Shown piece by piece: positions 39,521-48,719 of a stretch of 64,000 nt of DNA (the first letter of the stretch is position 1; every line of letters begins with the position of its first letter). The notes below the pieces were generated by a model, which saw only the letters and a program-made list of their open reading frames with translations, was not told the origin of the DNA and did not search any database. The DNA is from an uncultured virus (IMG/VR IMGVR_UViG_3300044727_000045) (lineage: Duplodnaviria > Heunggongvirae > Uroviricota > Caudoviricetes). The position numbers and the translations under genes were made by a program. The stretch lies in the IMG/VR virus record IMGVR_UViG_3300044727_000045; one strand, given 5' to 3'.

Positions 39521-41163
39521 CAACAATCAACTCAGTGACTCCTTCGTTAACCCAGGTTGGCTCCGATACAACGCTGGAGATCACTGGGACTGGGTTCCTT
39601 ACTACCACGACCGCAAGGTTGTTGAGTCCTGAGGACCCTCCAGTTGAATACCCGCTGGCAGGTTTCTCACTTATCACCAGTGAGATCATGAGAGCGCAAG
39701 TTCCAGCCAATAGTATCCCAATCGGGTTTTACTCGGTTCTGGTAGATAATGGTGGCGAGGACATTGCGCAGATAGACAACGCATTCCGCATTAGCGTCGA
39801 CCTCCCAACCCGCCCCTTCCAGACTAACAACACTACAGATATCATCCAGGCTCGTATCATGGACCGGATTGGGTTTGCTCCCAACGGGCTACCATACGAC
39901 AAGCGTAAAGGTCAAGTTCCTTGGGATATGACCGCTGCACAGGCCCCCGAGTTTGAGCGGATCTATAAGCGTCTGGATGATCTGTTTCCGCAAGGTTTCG
40001 CGCAGTTTATGGGCGGCGCACTGCTAGACCTTCGTGCTGAAGAGCATGGTATACTGCGGAATCCAGCTAGCTTTTCCAAGACAGTAATGCAGATCACAGC
40101 TGCTGTCGGCACTGTCATTCCCAGCACCATCACCTTCAGTACTACGGCGGTACCCAACACTACCGATAGACCTATCGTCTACAACAGTATTGAGACAGCA
40201 TCTGTTGTACAGAGAGATCCTATAGCTGGTCTGGTAACCAGCAGCACTCAATCTAGCCTGACTGATACTGGCAAAACCTGGGCCGTAGATGAGTGGAAGA
40301 ACTACTACGTTCTGCTCACTCTCGGTAAAGGTACCGGACAGTGGCGAAAGGTCATCAACAATACGGCCAATACGCTGTCTGTTATTGACTGGGATGTTGG
40401 TGCTGCTCCCGATACTACATCCACTTACAGACTCTTCACTGGTGTAGCTGTTCAGGCTGCTGCCGCAGGTAGATCAGGTAATGTTCTAGCAGGGGCCATC
40501 AATAGACTTGCGACACCTGTTGCTTTCGTGACCGCTGTTAGTAACCCTGTAGCTGCTGATGGTGGTGTAAACAGGGAGTCTGATAGGCTGTTCCTTAGCC
40601 GCTTCTTACTGACAGTACGACAACGTTCAGCAGGCGGCAACGACACAGACTATCAGATCTGGGCACGCGAAACAGATGGCACCAGCCTGGGAGCAGTCAG
40701 TGTGCTGCCCGAATGGAACGGTTACGGTACCGTCAAGGTAGTCATTGTCAACTCTGACAATAGTATTCCCAATGCGGCTACGGTTTCCAAAGTGTATGAT
40801 TACATACAAACTCGTAGACCTATCGGGGCGCATGTTACCGTAGAAGCAGCCGTGGCGGCAGGTGTTGATGCTCGCTTTACTTTGACAGTCGAGGAAGGTT
40901 TTAGCCTGGCGTCTGTGCAGGATGAAGTGAAACAAGCCATTAGGGCATTTCTCAACTCTCAGCCTGTTGGTGGCGACGAAGGCTTTGTGTTGTTCTATCG
41001 TGTGCAGCAGGCAGCTCTAGAAGATGTCAAGGGTATCGATACTTTTGACATGTACACCTCTGGCTACGGTATCCGCAGGTCAGGGGCATCGACGTTCAGT
41101 ACCAACAACGTCACGGTTACTGGCACCGAGAAACCAATTGCGGGGACGATTACGGCTGTATGA
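39517..41163 (+). CDS. baseplate J-like protein (XkdT) with N-terminal IPT/Ig-like domain
   Basis: LDLRAEEHGILR, GGVNRESD, GGNDTDY..WA, WNGYGTVKV, RPIGAHVTV. Confidence 0.9.
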   Translation: MTTINSVTPSLTQVGSDTTLEITGTGFLTTTTARLLSPEDPPVEYPLAGFSLITSEIMRAQVPANSIPIGFYSVLVDNGGEDIAQIDNAFRISVDLPTRPFQTNNTTDIIQARIMDRIGFAPNGLPYDKRKGQVPWDMTAAQAPEFERIYKRLDDLFPQGFAQFMGGALLDLRAEEHGILRNPASFSKTVMQITAAVGTVIPSTITFSTTAVPNTTDRPIVYNSIETASVVQRDPIAGLVTSSTQSSLTDTGKTWAVDEWKNYYVLLTLGKGTGQWRKVINNTANTLSVIDWDVGAAPDTTSTYRLFTGVAVQAAAAGRSGNVLAGAINRLATPVAFVTAVSNPVAADGGVNRESDRLFLSRFLLTVRQRSAGGNDTDYQIWARETDGTSLGAVSVLPEWNGYGTVKVVIVNSDNSIPNAATVSKVYDYIQTRRPIGAHVTVEAAVAAGVDARFTLTVEEGFSLASVQDEVKQAIRAFLNSQPVGGDEGFVLFYRVQQAALEDVKGIDTFDMYTSGYGIRRSGASTFSTNNVTVTGTEKPIAGTITAV

Positions 41164-41813
41164 GAGACAAAGACTTTTACGGTTGGGGCCAGATTCTCAT
41201 GGAGAATCTGCCCACATACTGGGAAGAAGACGACTTCATGCAGCAGTTCCTGATGGCTATAGGGTTTGAGTTTGACCCTGTAGATCGCTTTACCAGATTC
41301 ATGGTAGATAGCGAAATTCAAACTGCCATAGACCAAAGACTAGTTGCTAACCTGGAACCGATGCACTCGGCCTGGTTTGCGCGCACAGCTAACGAAGCAG
41401 CAATGAATCTGTGGGAAGAGATGTTCAGCGCGCCTGCCGATCCGGGCTTAACCCTTGAAGAACGCAGGGCTGGCATCATCACTCGCATGAAGTCAACGGC
41501 TACCCCTACACCAGCATACATCAAAGAGCAGATTGAACAGTATGCTGAAGAGATGGTAATCGTTGAGAAGTTCGATCTACCAGGGAATGACCTTAGACGG
41601 TACAGCTTCGATATCCGCATCCTCAAACCAAAGGGTTTCCCGCCCAATGTGGCAACGAACATCGATCTCATGGTTAGACGCATCAAGCCATCCCACCTAG
41701 GGTACTCCATTATCTACAGTGAAGTAACCTGGCATGGCGATGCAACCAATATGTGGAACAATACCTGGGCGGATCTTGGTAACGTATCTTGGGCAGATCT
41801 GAGGTTTGGATAG
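41160..41813 (+). CDS. baseplate protein (XkdU/DUF2313-like)
   Basis: LPTYW, TA...WE, TLEERRA, IKPSHLGY. Confidence 0.85.
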   Translation: MRDKDFYGWGQILMENLPTYWEEDDFMQQFLMAIGFEFDPVDRFTRFMVDSEIQTAIDQRLVANLEPMHSAWFARTANEAAMNLWEEMFSAPADPGLTLEERRAGIITRMKSTATPTPAYIKEQIEQYAEEMVIVEKFDLPGNDLRRYSFDIRILKPKGFPPNVATNIDLMVRRIKPSHLGYSIIYSEVTWHGDATNMWNNTWADLGNVSWADLRFG

Positions 41814-42668
41814 ATGCAAACAACTGTGCGACATGGATTCTTACTTCCGGAAGTAACTGATGATGACCCTACACCCAACGCGGGTGTGCGGGACACCACC
41901 AGATTCAATTCAGGGTTGAGTGACCGCTCTACCTTCTACGACTTTGATGAAACTATCACGGGCAACTGGAGCTTTGGATCTATCACGCTTACAGGTGGGT
42001 TGAGCCAGGACCTGGTCAACAACACCGGAGCAGCCAGAGTTCCTGGTGACGTGGTGATGCTTGATCCCAATGTTGACCGTGGCTTTATCCTGCCTGTAGC
42101 CAATGCTGTTGGTCCTACCGTCGGGGTTGTAGTGGCAAATATCGCGGCTGGTGCTGTCGGGCGTGTCGCAATGGAAGGCTTTGTCCGGACGAAGGTCACG
42201 GGTATTAGCCGTCTACAATATCTCGTGACACAGAACGCTAGCGTTATAGCGGCAGGTAGTGCACTAGGTAGCAGCGCAGCGTTTGGGATTGCTCTGGAGA
42301 ACCCCTCAGGCGGTACGTGCCTGGCCTACCTGCACCCAAGTGCGGGTACCGATCCCGAGAGTATGTTTAAGACCACGACATTGCGGACCAACGTCACCCC
42401 TGTGACTGCTGCGATGTTGGTAGGTAAACTCTATCTCTTTGGGTATCTGGCATCTGCTCAAGCAGTGGTACTGCCTGACCCAACCATCAATGAGCGCCCC
42501 ATTACTGTTGCTGCCGAAGCAGGCCAGATGAACCTCACGGCCACTGGAGGTTCGACTATCATAGGTGGCTCTACGAATCTGGTTACAGGCGCTGTTCAGA
42601 ACGGTGTCATTGTCGCCCCAGAAGCCTTTACCTACAAAAGCAATGGCATTCAGTGGAGAGCGGTATGA
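41814..42668 (+). CDS. tail fibre/baseplate-attached protein
   Basis: position after XkdU; beta-rich. Confidence 0.6.
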   Translation: MQTTVRHGFLLPEVTDDDPTPNAGVRDTTRFNSGLSDRSTFYDFDETITGNWSFGSITLTGGLSQDLVNNTGAARVPGDVVMLDPNVDRGFILPVANAVGPTVGVVVANIAAGAVGRVAMEGFVRTKVTGISRLQYLVTQNASVIAAGSALGSSAAFGIALENPSGGTCLAYLHPSAGTDPESMFKTTTLRTNVTPVTAAMLVGKLYLFGYLASAQAVVLPDPTINERPITVAAEAGQMNLTATGGSTIIGGSTNLVTGAVQNGVIVAPEAFTYKSNGIQWRAV

Positions 42669-43765
42669 CATACCAGAATCTTGGCTATTGGGTCGGCCAA
42701 GCTAACGATCTCAGTACGGGCAACCACCCTACTGGATGGACCAATGGGCAGCGTTGGTCTGAGACTGCTAGCGAATGGCAGACCATGTTCAATACCGAGT
42801 ATTCGTCTGCTAGAGATACATCTGTTGGTCAGCCTGGTAAGCCAAGCGGAAACCAGCATCCAACAGGTTGGGCATCTGGGCAACTCTGGTCTGTAACAGC
42901 TACCCAATGGAACGGTATGTGGGGTACAGAGTGGACCAATGCTAGGGACAACTCTGCAGGACAGTCTGGCAATGGACTAGCTGCTCAGCATCCTACAGGG
43001 TGGGTAGCAGGACAACAATGGTCCGCTACTGCTCAGCAGTGGTGCGAAATGTGGGGCATCGAGTGGCGGGCTGCTAGAGATCCGCAAGGGTTCCCTTACA
43101 GCTATCCAGGGCAACCAGCTAATGGTGTCTATTGGAAAAATACTGCTGAACTTTGGAAGGGACAGGCGGACTACTATTGGGGTCCTGCTGAAGCCTGGAA
43201 TACTGGTTCTACCTACAAAGCTCTCTACCAAGCCTATGTCGGCTATTATAACGACATGGTTGCCCAGAGAGATTACTGGATCAATGCGGCACACAATGAT
43301 CCCAACGTGTGGACGAATCAGTACAACGCTGGCGACGCTGCTGCTCAGGCTGCGTACAGGCCCCCAGGTATCCGGAGCTATGACGTTGGTTTCGCCAACA
43401 AGAATGTTCAGAAGAACCTATGGACCCAGGTAGGGGTGTTCTACGCTCCCGTAACAGGCCACTATTTCCTCTACTGGTATGCTACTATCACTGGATACGA
43501 TAGTGGCTATAACAGCGGCAACAGAGGGAGACTAAGACTTAGTAGTCCGAACAACGGGTTGCTCGAAGGTCGGAATGCTGGTTTGAAACCGGACAACAAC
43601 ACTGCTGACACCATGCTCGCGGTAGGTGCTCTGGTGTTCATGGGTGCAGGTCAGGGAGTAGGCTTCGATGCCTATATCGAGGCACCCAATGAATCCTTTG
43701 GCCGAAACGTGGTGGACAACGTTGCGCAGATCAAGTTCGTTCCCGAGTATAGCTACCCGAAGTAG
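42665..43765 (+). CDS. Trp-rich repeat protein with C-terminal beta domain
   Basis: three HPTGW..GQ.WS.TA..W..M repeats; FYAPVTGHYF. Confidence 0.65.
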   Translation: MTYQNLGYWVGQANDLSTGNHPTGWTNGQRWSETASEWQTMFNTEYSSARDTSVGQPGKPSGNQHPTGWASGQLWSVTATQWNGMWGTEWTNARDNSAGQSGNGLAAQHPTGWVAGQQWSATAQQWCEMWGIEWRAARDPQGFPYSYPGQPANGVYWKNTAELWKGQADYYWGPAEAWNTGSTYKALYQAYVGYYNDMVAQRDYWINAAHNDPNVWTNQYNAGDAAAQAAYRPPGIRSYDVGFANKNVQKNLWTQVGVFYAPVTGHYFLYWYATITGYDSGYNSGNRGRLRLSSPNNGLLEGRNAGLKPDNNTADTMLAVGALVFMGAGQGVGFDAYIEAPNESFGRNVVDNVAQIKFVPEYSYPK

Positions 43766-43773
43766 GAGGTCAG

Positions 43774-44067
43774 ATGCAAATTATTCTCAAGCTTAATCCC
43801 AAGACAGCCAGACATCTGTCTTACTGCATAGGTCGCTCTGATGAAGCAAATGCTGTGGTTGGGGCAGCGACTCAGGCAGCAAGGTCTGCCGAGAGGAATG
43901 TTCATGACATGATTGCCATGATTGCAGATCAGGATGGCCAGAAGATACCTGACAACTTTGCTGTCACGTTTGACAGTGAACTGAACCAGATTATCATCAC
44001 CGAGCAGGAGACAACTCAATATGTTGCTCCGATACCTCTGCAAGTAAATGGTGTGAAGGAACACTGA
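43774..44067 (+). CDS. hypothetical protein
   Basis: AGGAGG RBS. Confidence 0.65.
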   Translation: MQIILKLNPKTARHLSYCIGRSDEANAVVGAATQAARSAERNVHDMIAMIADQDGQKIPDNFAVTFDSELNQIIITEQETTQYVAPIPLQVNGVKEH

Positions 44068-44294
44068 TGGGCCAGATCGACCACGTCATATGGTCTTCTG
44101 TCATGCAGCTAGACTATGTGTATGCGAATGCCATCCCTACCAAGTGGCGAGAAGAACGTGACAATGGTAACCCGCTTGGCGTACCTTGCACCCCAGAAAT
44201 AGATGTGCCTGGTCCAGCTGGCTCCAAGGAGCAAGGCTTTACCAGCGGGGTAACTATACATTGGGATCCTGAAAACGGTGCCTACCTCTGTTAG
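44067..44294 (+). CDS. stand-alone LGFP-like repeat protein
   Basis: AIPTKW...LGVP..PE...QGFTSG.TIHWDP..GA. Confidence 0.6.
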   Translation: MGQIDHVIWSSVMQLDYVYANAIPTKWREERDNGNPLGVPCTPEIDVPGPAGSKEQGFTSGVTIHWDPENGAYLC

Positions 44295-44904
44295 TCTCTT
44301 CTATCCGCCTGGCAAGCGGCTAGAAGTATTGCCTCCCAAACCACCTGTAGCTCCCAGAGAACAGTACCTGATAGATGTGTCTAATTATCAGGGTGTTCTG
44401 ACAGACAAGTGGTTTGATGAATGGAGTGCAAAGGGGTTCTCTGGTATCATAGTCCAAGCCGTAACTGGCATGGATGGGCATACTTTGACTGCTCGTCAGC
44501 TTAGGAAAGCAGAGGAGAAAGGCTGGGAGATCAACGGGTACATCTGGTGTACTGGAGAAGCTCCAGTAACTAACCGCAGGCTTCAGTTGTTTGAGGGGAT
44601 ACCAATCATTGATCTGTGGCTAGATGTCGAAGACATGCATCTGTTGCCTTCGGATGTCGATAACGACTTCCAGTTGTGCGACGAGTACATGGGTAAGAAG
44701 TGCGGCATGTACACTGGGAAGTGGGTCTTCGACAGACTAGGTTGGTCTCATCGTAACTACTGGTCGGACCGAGGGTTATGGGTGTCCATCTATGATGGAT
44801 CGCCAGACGTAAACAAGGGCTTTGTTCCATTTGGAGGGTGGGAGCAATGCCTGATGAAGCAGTATACAGACACCCCGCTTGACTTGAATGTGAGACGGGT
44901 ATGA
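44278..44904 (+). CDS. endolysin, GH25-like muramidase
   Basis: IDVSNYQG, WLDVE, GMYTG, MKQYT, LDLN. Confidence 0.85.
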   Translation: MPTSVSLFYPPGKRLEVLPPKPPVAPREQYLIDVSNYQGVLTDKWFDEWSAKGFSGIIVQAVTGMDGHTLTARQLRKAEEKGWEINGYIWCTGEAPVTNRRLQLFEGIPIIDLWLDVEDMHLLPSDVDNDFQLCDEYMGKKCGMYTGKWVFDRLGWSHRNYWSDRGLWVSIYDGSPDVNKGFVPFGGWEQCLMKQYTDTPLDLNVRRV

Positions 44905-45458
44905 CGGTAGCTGCGTTCTATCCACCAACCCAGAAGCTCCTACCTCCACTACCAGATCCTGTTACTTGGTGGGATGTCTTCCAAGAGAATCGGGATATGG
45001 ACATGCCAAGACAGGTCCGAGATTGGACCTGTAGTGCGTGTTCTATTGACTGGGTATTGAGAGCTACAGGTGTCTATCCGGGCTGTACTAGAGAATGGGT
45101 TGTCGGCGAGTTGGGGTATAATGAGTACTGTGGGCCTGGTGTCGGTATTAGCTCTAGTGCTGGCCTATGTAATTCTCAAGCTGCTATTCGCCTACTTGAA
45201 AGATTCTTTGGCGAAGGCAACGTTGTCCAGGAATGGCTCAACTTCGACAGAGCCTATGAGATAGCTACTCAAACTACTGGACTGCTGAACAGTACGGCGT
45301 GGTACCACTACGTTGCTTTGAGGGGGGTCATCGGTAATAAGATTTGGATAGCAAACAGCGCGCCCAACTATCCCTCGTGGAACCCTATCCGCAATGAGAT
45401 GGGTCGCATCGAGTTCGAACGTTTCAACAGCTTTCAGGCCATTTGGATACGGAGGTAA
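44901..45458 (+). CDS. C39-like cysteine peptidase (second lysin)
   Basis: Q..DWTCSACS, WYHYVALRG, IANSAP. Confidence 0.7.
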   Translation: MTVAAFYPPTQKLLPPLPDPVTWWDVFQENRDMDMPRQVRDWTCSACSIDWVLRATGVYPGCTREWVVGELGYNEYCGPGVGISSSAGLCNSQAAIRLLERFFGEGNVVQEWLNFDRAYEIATQTTGLLNSTAWYHYVALRGVIGNKIWIANSAPNYPSWNPIRNEMGRIEFERFNSFQAIWIRR

Positions 45459-45463
45459 CTGAG

Positions 45464-45622
45464 GTGGCGGTACATCAATTACTACAGGTCGCAGCATTTA
45501 TATTGCTGTTGATTGCAGCATTGTCTTCCTGGTCTTGGCGACCAGATTGGAATCATGCCTACGGGCACACTCTTGGTTGGGCTGGTCTAGCTTGCTATGT
45601 GCTGGCTGGTCTGACTGGCTAA
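45464..45622 (+). CDS. small two-TM protein, holin candidate (not in ORF track)
   Basis: GTG start after GGAGG; MAVHQLLQVAAFILLLIAALSS...LGWAGLACYVLAGLTG*. Confidence 0.55.
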   Translation: MAVHQLLQVAAFILLLIAALSSWSWRPDWNHAYGHTLGWAGLACYVLAGLTG

Positions 45623-45634
45623 TGACCTAGACTC

Positions 45635-46762
45635 GTGCAGAATATCCGTGGCATTCTGGGAACATGGGCTTGGTTATTTGTCTGTGGTGTTGGTGGAGTA
45701 GCGGGCACTATTCTACTTCTCAACATCACAGCGGTAAGGGTAGCTGATGCTGTGCCAGATCCATTACCTACAGCTACCCTTGCTCCGACGACTAACCCTC
45801 TGCCGCCTGTAGTATTTCAGGTTACGGTGAACCAGAACGACGAGGGTGATGCTCAGATTGCCATTGCACAGGCTACCCCAGAAGGTACCCCAATTCCTGG
45901 TGCTCCTACACCTATTTCTCTGGCCGTCAATATTGATGATCAAGATGGCGACAGGGTAATAACGGTTACTCAGGATCAAGGGGAGATCCCCATAGTAACA
46001 GATGCTGAAACGGGTGAGCCAGAGCCTACACCTACTCCAGTAGTTGTGGCTACGCTGGTGGTACCTGCTGGTCAGCCTCTGCCCAAGCCTGCTGTCAAGC
46101 CGCAAGCCACGGTGATTATCAATACTCCAACGCCGGTGCCAGTTGAGGAACCTGAACAAGCTATAGTAGAGGGTGAGCCAGAGGAGATGCCGGAGACTCC
46201 TGCGGTTGCAGGGTTGCAGCCAAATGCAGCCCCTACCCCCACCCCCCTACCCGAGGAGGAAGAGGAACAGAGGAACAGTGCAGCCTCCACAGCTACTCCG
46301 GCTCCAACCAACACATCTGTGCCGGTAGCCCCTGGAGAACCTACCAATACTCCTGTTCCAGTGGCGACGGCTGCTCCTGTGGTACCTACTTCCATACCTA
46401 CGTCTGGCGTTGCTCCAGAGGTACCTACAGCTACTTCAGTGCCAGTAGTGCCACAAGCTACTGCGACACCTGTACCACCATCGCCACCAACGTCTACACC
46501 TGTTCCCCCACCAATACCCACTAATACCCCCGTACCCCCACCACAACCCACCCCGAGACCTACCAATACTCCAGTCCCGCCTCCAACGCCGGTACCCACT
46601 GAACCACCTTCAACTGGTAGGCCTCCGCCTGAGCCAACACGTACTCCAATCCCTACATTCACTCCACGTCCGACATTCACTCCACGTCCGACTTTCACAC
46701 CAAGGCCAACGTTTACACCGCGCCCGCCATTACCAACGTTGGACTTGCCATTCAGGCCGTGA
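45635..46762 (+). CDS. membrane-anchored Pro/Thr-rich protein
   Basis: N-terminal TM; PTNTPVP and four PTFTPR repeats. Confidence 0.7.
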   Translation: MQNIRGILGTWAWLFVCGVGGVAGTILLLNITAVRVADAVPDPLPTATLAPTTNPLPPVVFQVTVNQNDEGDAQIAIAQATPEGTPIPGAPTPISLAVNIDDQDGDRVITVTQDQGEIPIVTDAETGEPEPTPTPVVVATLVVPAGQPLPKPAVKPQATVIINTPTPVPVEEPEQAIVEGEPEEMPETPAVAGLQPNAAPTPTPLPEEEEEQRNSAASTATPAPTNTSVPVAPGEPTNTPVPVATAAPVVPTSIPTSGVAPEVPTATSVPVVPQATATPVPPSPPTSTPVPPPIPTNTPVPPPQPTPRPTNTPVPPPTPVPTEPPSTGRPPPEPTRTPIPTFTPRPTFTPRPTFTPRPTFTPRPPLPTLDLPFRP

Positions 46763-46763
46763 T

Positions 46764-47057
46764 ATGGAAGAAACCTTTGTCCTCAATCTCACTACAATGG
46801 CAGCGATTGGGGGCATCATGGGCATACTTACAGGAGCGATCTCTTTCCTAGCCAGGGCTTTGATCGCTTCTAAAGATGTGCAGATAGAAAGTCTAAAGGC
46901 GGAAATGCTACGTCGAGAAGAGCAGATGCAGAAGGATATCGATTACTATCGTGACTTCTCACAGTATCTGCTTGAGCCAGCCGAAGCACTGGTACGGGAA
47001 GCCACGTTTCGAAATACAAGGCCAGAAAAGAATACCGACCCACCACCAAGTCGGTAG
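46764..47057 (+). CDS. TM plus coiled-coil protein (holin-like)
   Basis: hydrophobic N-terminus then SKDVQIESLKAE. Confidence 0.6.
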   Translation: MEETFVLNLTTMAAIGGIMGILTGAISFLARALIASKDVQIESLKAEMLRREEQMQKDIDYYRDFSQYLLEPAEALVREATFRNTRPEKNTDPPPSR

Positions 47058-47163
47058 TTTTCCAGATCACCCGTTTTGCCACGGGCGGGTGAGAGTAGGC
47101 CCCTGAAACGGTTGCGGCGCTTGCCCGCCGCTAGCAACCGGAGTAGGGGGTCTTTCTCTTGGC

Positions 47164-47206
47164 AAAAAGAATCCCCTGCATACTCCATTCGTGCAGGGGA
47201 TTCTGA
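47164..47206. terminator. terminator between convergent transcription units
   Basis: AAAAAGAATCCCCTGCA-loop-TGCAGGGGATTCT; U-tract on minus strand. Confidence 0.7.
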
Positions 47207-47207
47207 C

Positions 47208-48278
47208 TTAGGGAATTTGAGCTGGAGCTGGTGTTGTTACTGGGATTGCCTCTGGTGTCGGGGTTGCTGTTGGGATTGCTGGAGGAGCCACTGCTGGCAC
47301 TGCTTCTTGGACTATTACGACTGGCAGTACCTCTGGCGTAGTTGTAGCAGCCACAGTGGGAACGAGGGTGGGTGTAACTGTGGGAACCACAGTTGGGACG
47401 ATGGTAGCGGTCGGAACTACGGTTGCCAAGTGCTGGTCACAGATATGAGGTAATAGTGGCATCTCGCCACCCTGAGCAACGGCCTTGGGGACGTCATTGC
47501 TGCGGCGAATTTCCCACATCTGGTTGGCGGGTTCGTAGTGGCAGTACTCACTCAGAGTAGAACCACCTCCTGATCCGCCACTTCCTCCACCGCCTCCTGT
47601 GCTTGAAGCACTAGGCTGTTCTCCGCCTGCTGTACCGCCTGGAACGCTAAACTGTCCAGGTACTCCACCTGGGCTGCTGGCAGGATTTATATTGCAGTCA
47701 GGGCACCCACCACCCGAACCTCCACCTCCTGTAGGTGTTGGTGCGGTTGTGATCGGGGTTGGTAAACTCTGTCCACCTGGCCCACAGTCTGGGCATGGCA
47801 CTGGCGTGTTGGCTGGTGGAGTGTTAGTGGCCGCAGCCGTTGGTATCGGTGTCGCCGTAGCAGGAGTCGGTGTAGTTCCGAACTGACCTGATGGCGGCGG
47901 TGTGTTAGTTGGCGGGACCGAAGTTGGTGTTCCTCCGCCACCCGATCCTGGTGTTGATGTTGGCGGAATTGATGTCGGCGTGTTGATTGGCGTATTGGTT
48001 GGAGCCGACGTGTTGGTAGGACCAGGAGTACTTGTCGGTGCTACCCAGGTTGGTGTTGTTTCAGGGGTAGCTGTTTTGGTCTTTGTAGGGTAGGGAGTTT
48101 TTGTGGCCTGACAGTAGTAATCCCAATCTTCGTAGCAGGCTGAATAAGTTTCTTCGTCCTCGTCAGTGGTGTGTGCTTTTGCTGGTGTCGCAACAGCGGT
48201 AGTTATGAGTGGGACGAGGAGTGCAAGTAGCATTCCTCCGACCAACAAGAACCACCAAGGGATAGTGCGCTTGATCAT
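47208..48278 (-). CDS. secreted Pro/Thr/Gly-rich protein
   Basis: signal peptide ending AKA; PTNTP repeats; two CPDC motifs. Confidence 0.75.
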   Translation of the reverse strand: MIKRTIPWWFLLVGGMLLALLVPLITTAVATPAKAHTTDEDEETYSACYEDWDYYCQATKTPYPTKTKTATPETTPTWVAPTSTPGPTNTSAPTNTPINTPTSIPPTSTPGSGGGGTPTSVPPTNTPPPSGQFGTTPTPATATPIPTAAATNTPPANTPVPCPDCGPGGQSLPTPITTAPTPTGGGGSGGGCPDCNINPASSPGGVPGQFSVPGGTAGGEQPSASSTGGGGGSGGSGGGSTLSEYCHYEPANQMWEIRRSNDVPKAVAQGGEMPLLPHICDQHLATVVPTATIVPTVVPTVTPTLVPTVAATTTPEVLPVVIVQEAVPAVAPPAIPTATPTPEAIPVTTPAPAQIP

Positions 48279-48289
48279 TGGATCCTCGT

Positions 48290-48333
48290 AAAAAGAAACC
48301 CCCTGTGGATGTCCTACACAGGGGGTCTCTTTT
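48290..48333. terminator. intrinsic terminator
   Basis: A-tract, CCCCTGTG-loop-CACAGGGG, T-tract. Confidence 0.65.
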
Positions 48334-48335
48334 AC

Positions 48336-48488
48336 CTACGGCTTGGGTGCGGGTTGGGGCTGCGTCGGCGGGTTTGGCTCAGCAGGCGGAGTTGTTGGCT
48401 CCTGCTGCTCGCCTGGCCTCGGCTGCGCCGGCTTCTCACCCGGCTCTCGAGGATCCCGTGGATCCCGAGGCTCCTGTGGACTTGACAT
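48336..48488 (-). CDS. 50-aa Pro/Glu/Gln-rich peptide (not in ORF track)
   Basis: strong RBS AAGGAGGGAG; MSSPQEPRDPRDPREPGEKPAQPRPG...PKP*. Confidence 0.6.
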   Translation of the reverse strand: MSSPQEPRDPRDPREPGEKPAQPRPGEQQEPTTPPAEPNPPTQPQPAPKP

Positions 48489-48511
48489 ATGCTCCCTCCT
48501 TCCCTTGAAAG

Positions 48512-48651
48512 TAGAGTTAGCAGGCTACTTGCGACGTTTGTGACAACACCGCCACCCACTGGATTAAACTGCCGCTCGACAATCCAATCGCCTCACCGCC
48601 GTAGGCCCACCCCGTATGCAGACCTACAGTCACCCTCGCCTGCTAACTCCA
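48512..48651 (-). ncRNA. putative structured RNA of about 140 nt, family unknown
   Basis: 14-bp terminal stem plus internal helices; promoter TTGCTA-17-TACACT places +1 at the stem start. Confidence 0.55.
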
Positions 48652-48656
48652 GCGTA

Positions 48657-48700
48657 AGTGTAGCAAACAAAAACCCCGCTAGCAATCACTAGCGGGGCTT
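48657..48700 (-). promoter_or_regulatory. terminator hairpin overlapping sigma-70-type promoter
   Basis: CCCCGCTAG/CTAGCGGGG-TTTTT; TTGCTA-17-TACACT. Confidence 0.6.
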
Positions 48701-48719
48701 GAAACTAGTCGGAACGATG

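Noticed and set aside
17418..41813. Tailocin, PBSX-like defective element or contractile injection system
   Set aside because: Terminase, portal, protease, capsid and replication genes are present, so a full phage is the simpler call
47090..47102. 5S rRNA fragment (GTGAGAGTAGG)
   Set aside because: Only an 11-nt resemblance; rest of 5S sequence absent
48512..48651. Retron msr-msd, c-di-AMP riboswitch, tmRNA or tRNA
   Set aside because: No RT nearby, and I could not find the diagnostic conserved motifs or a cloverleaf; left as unknown RNA
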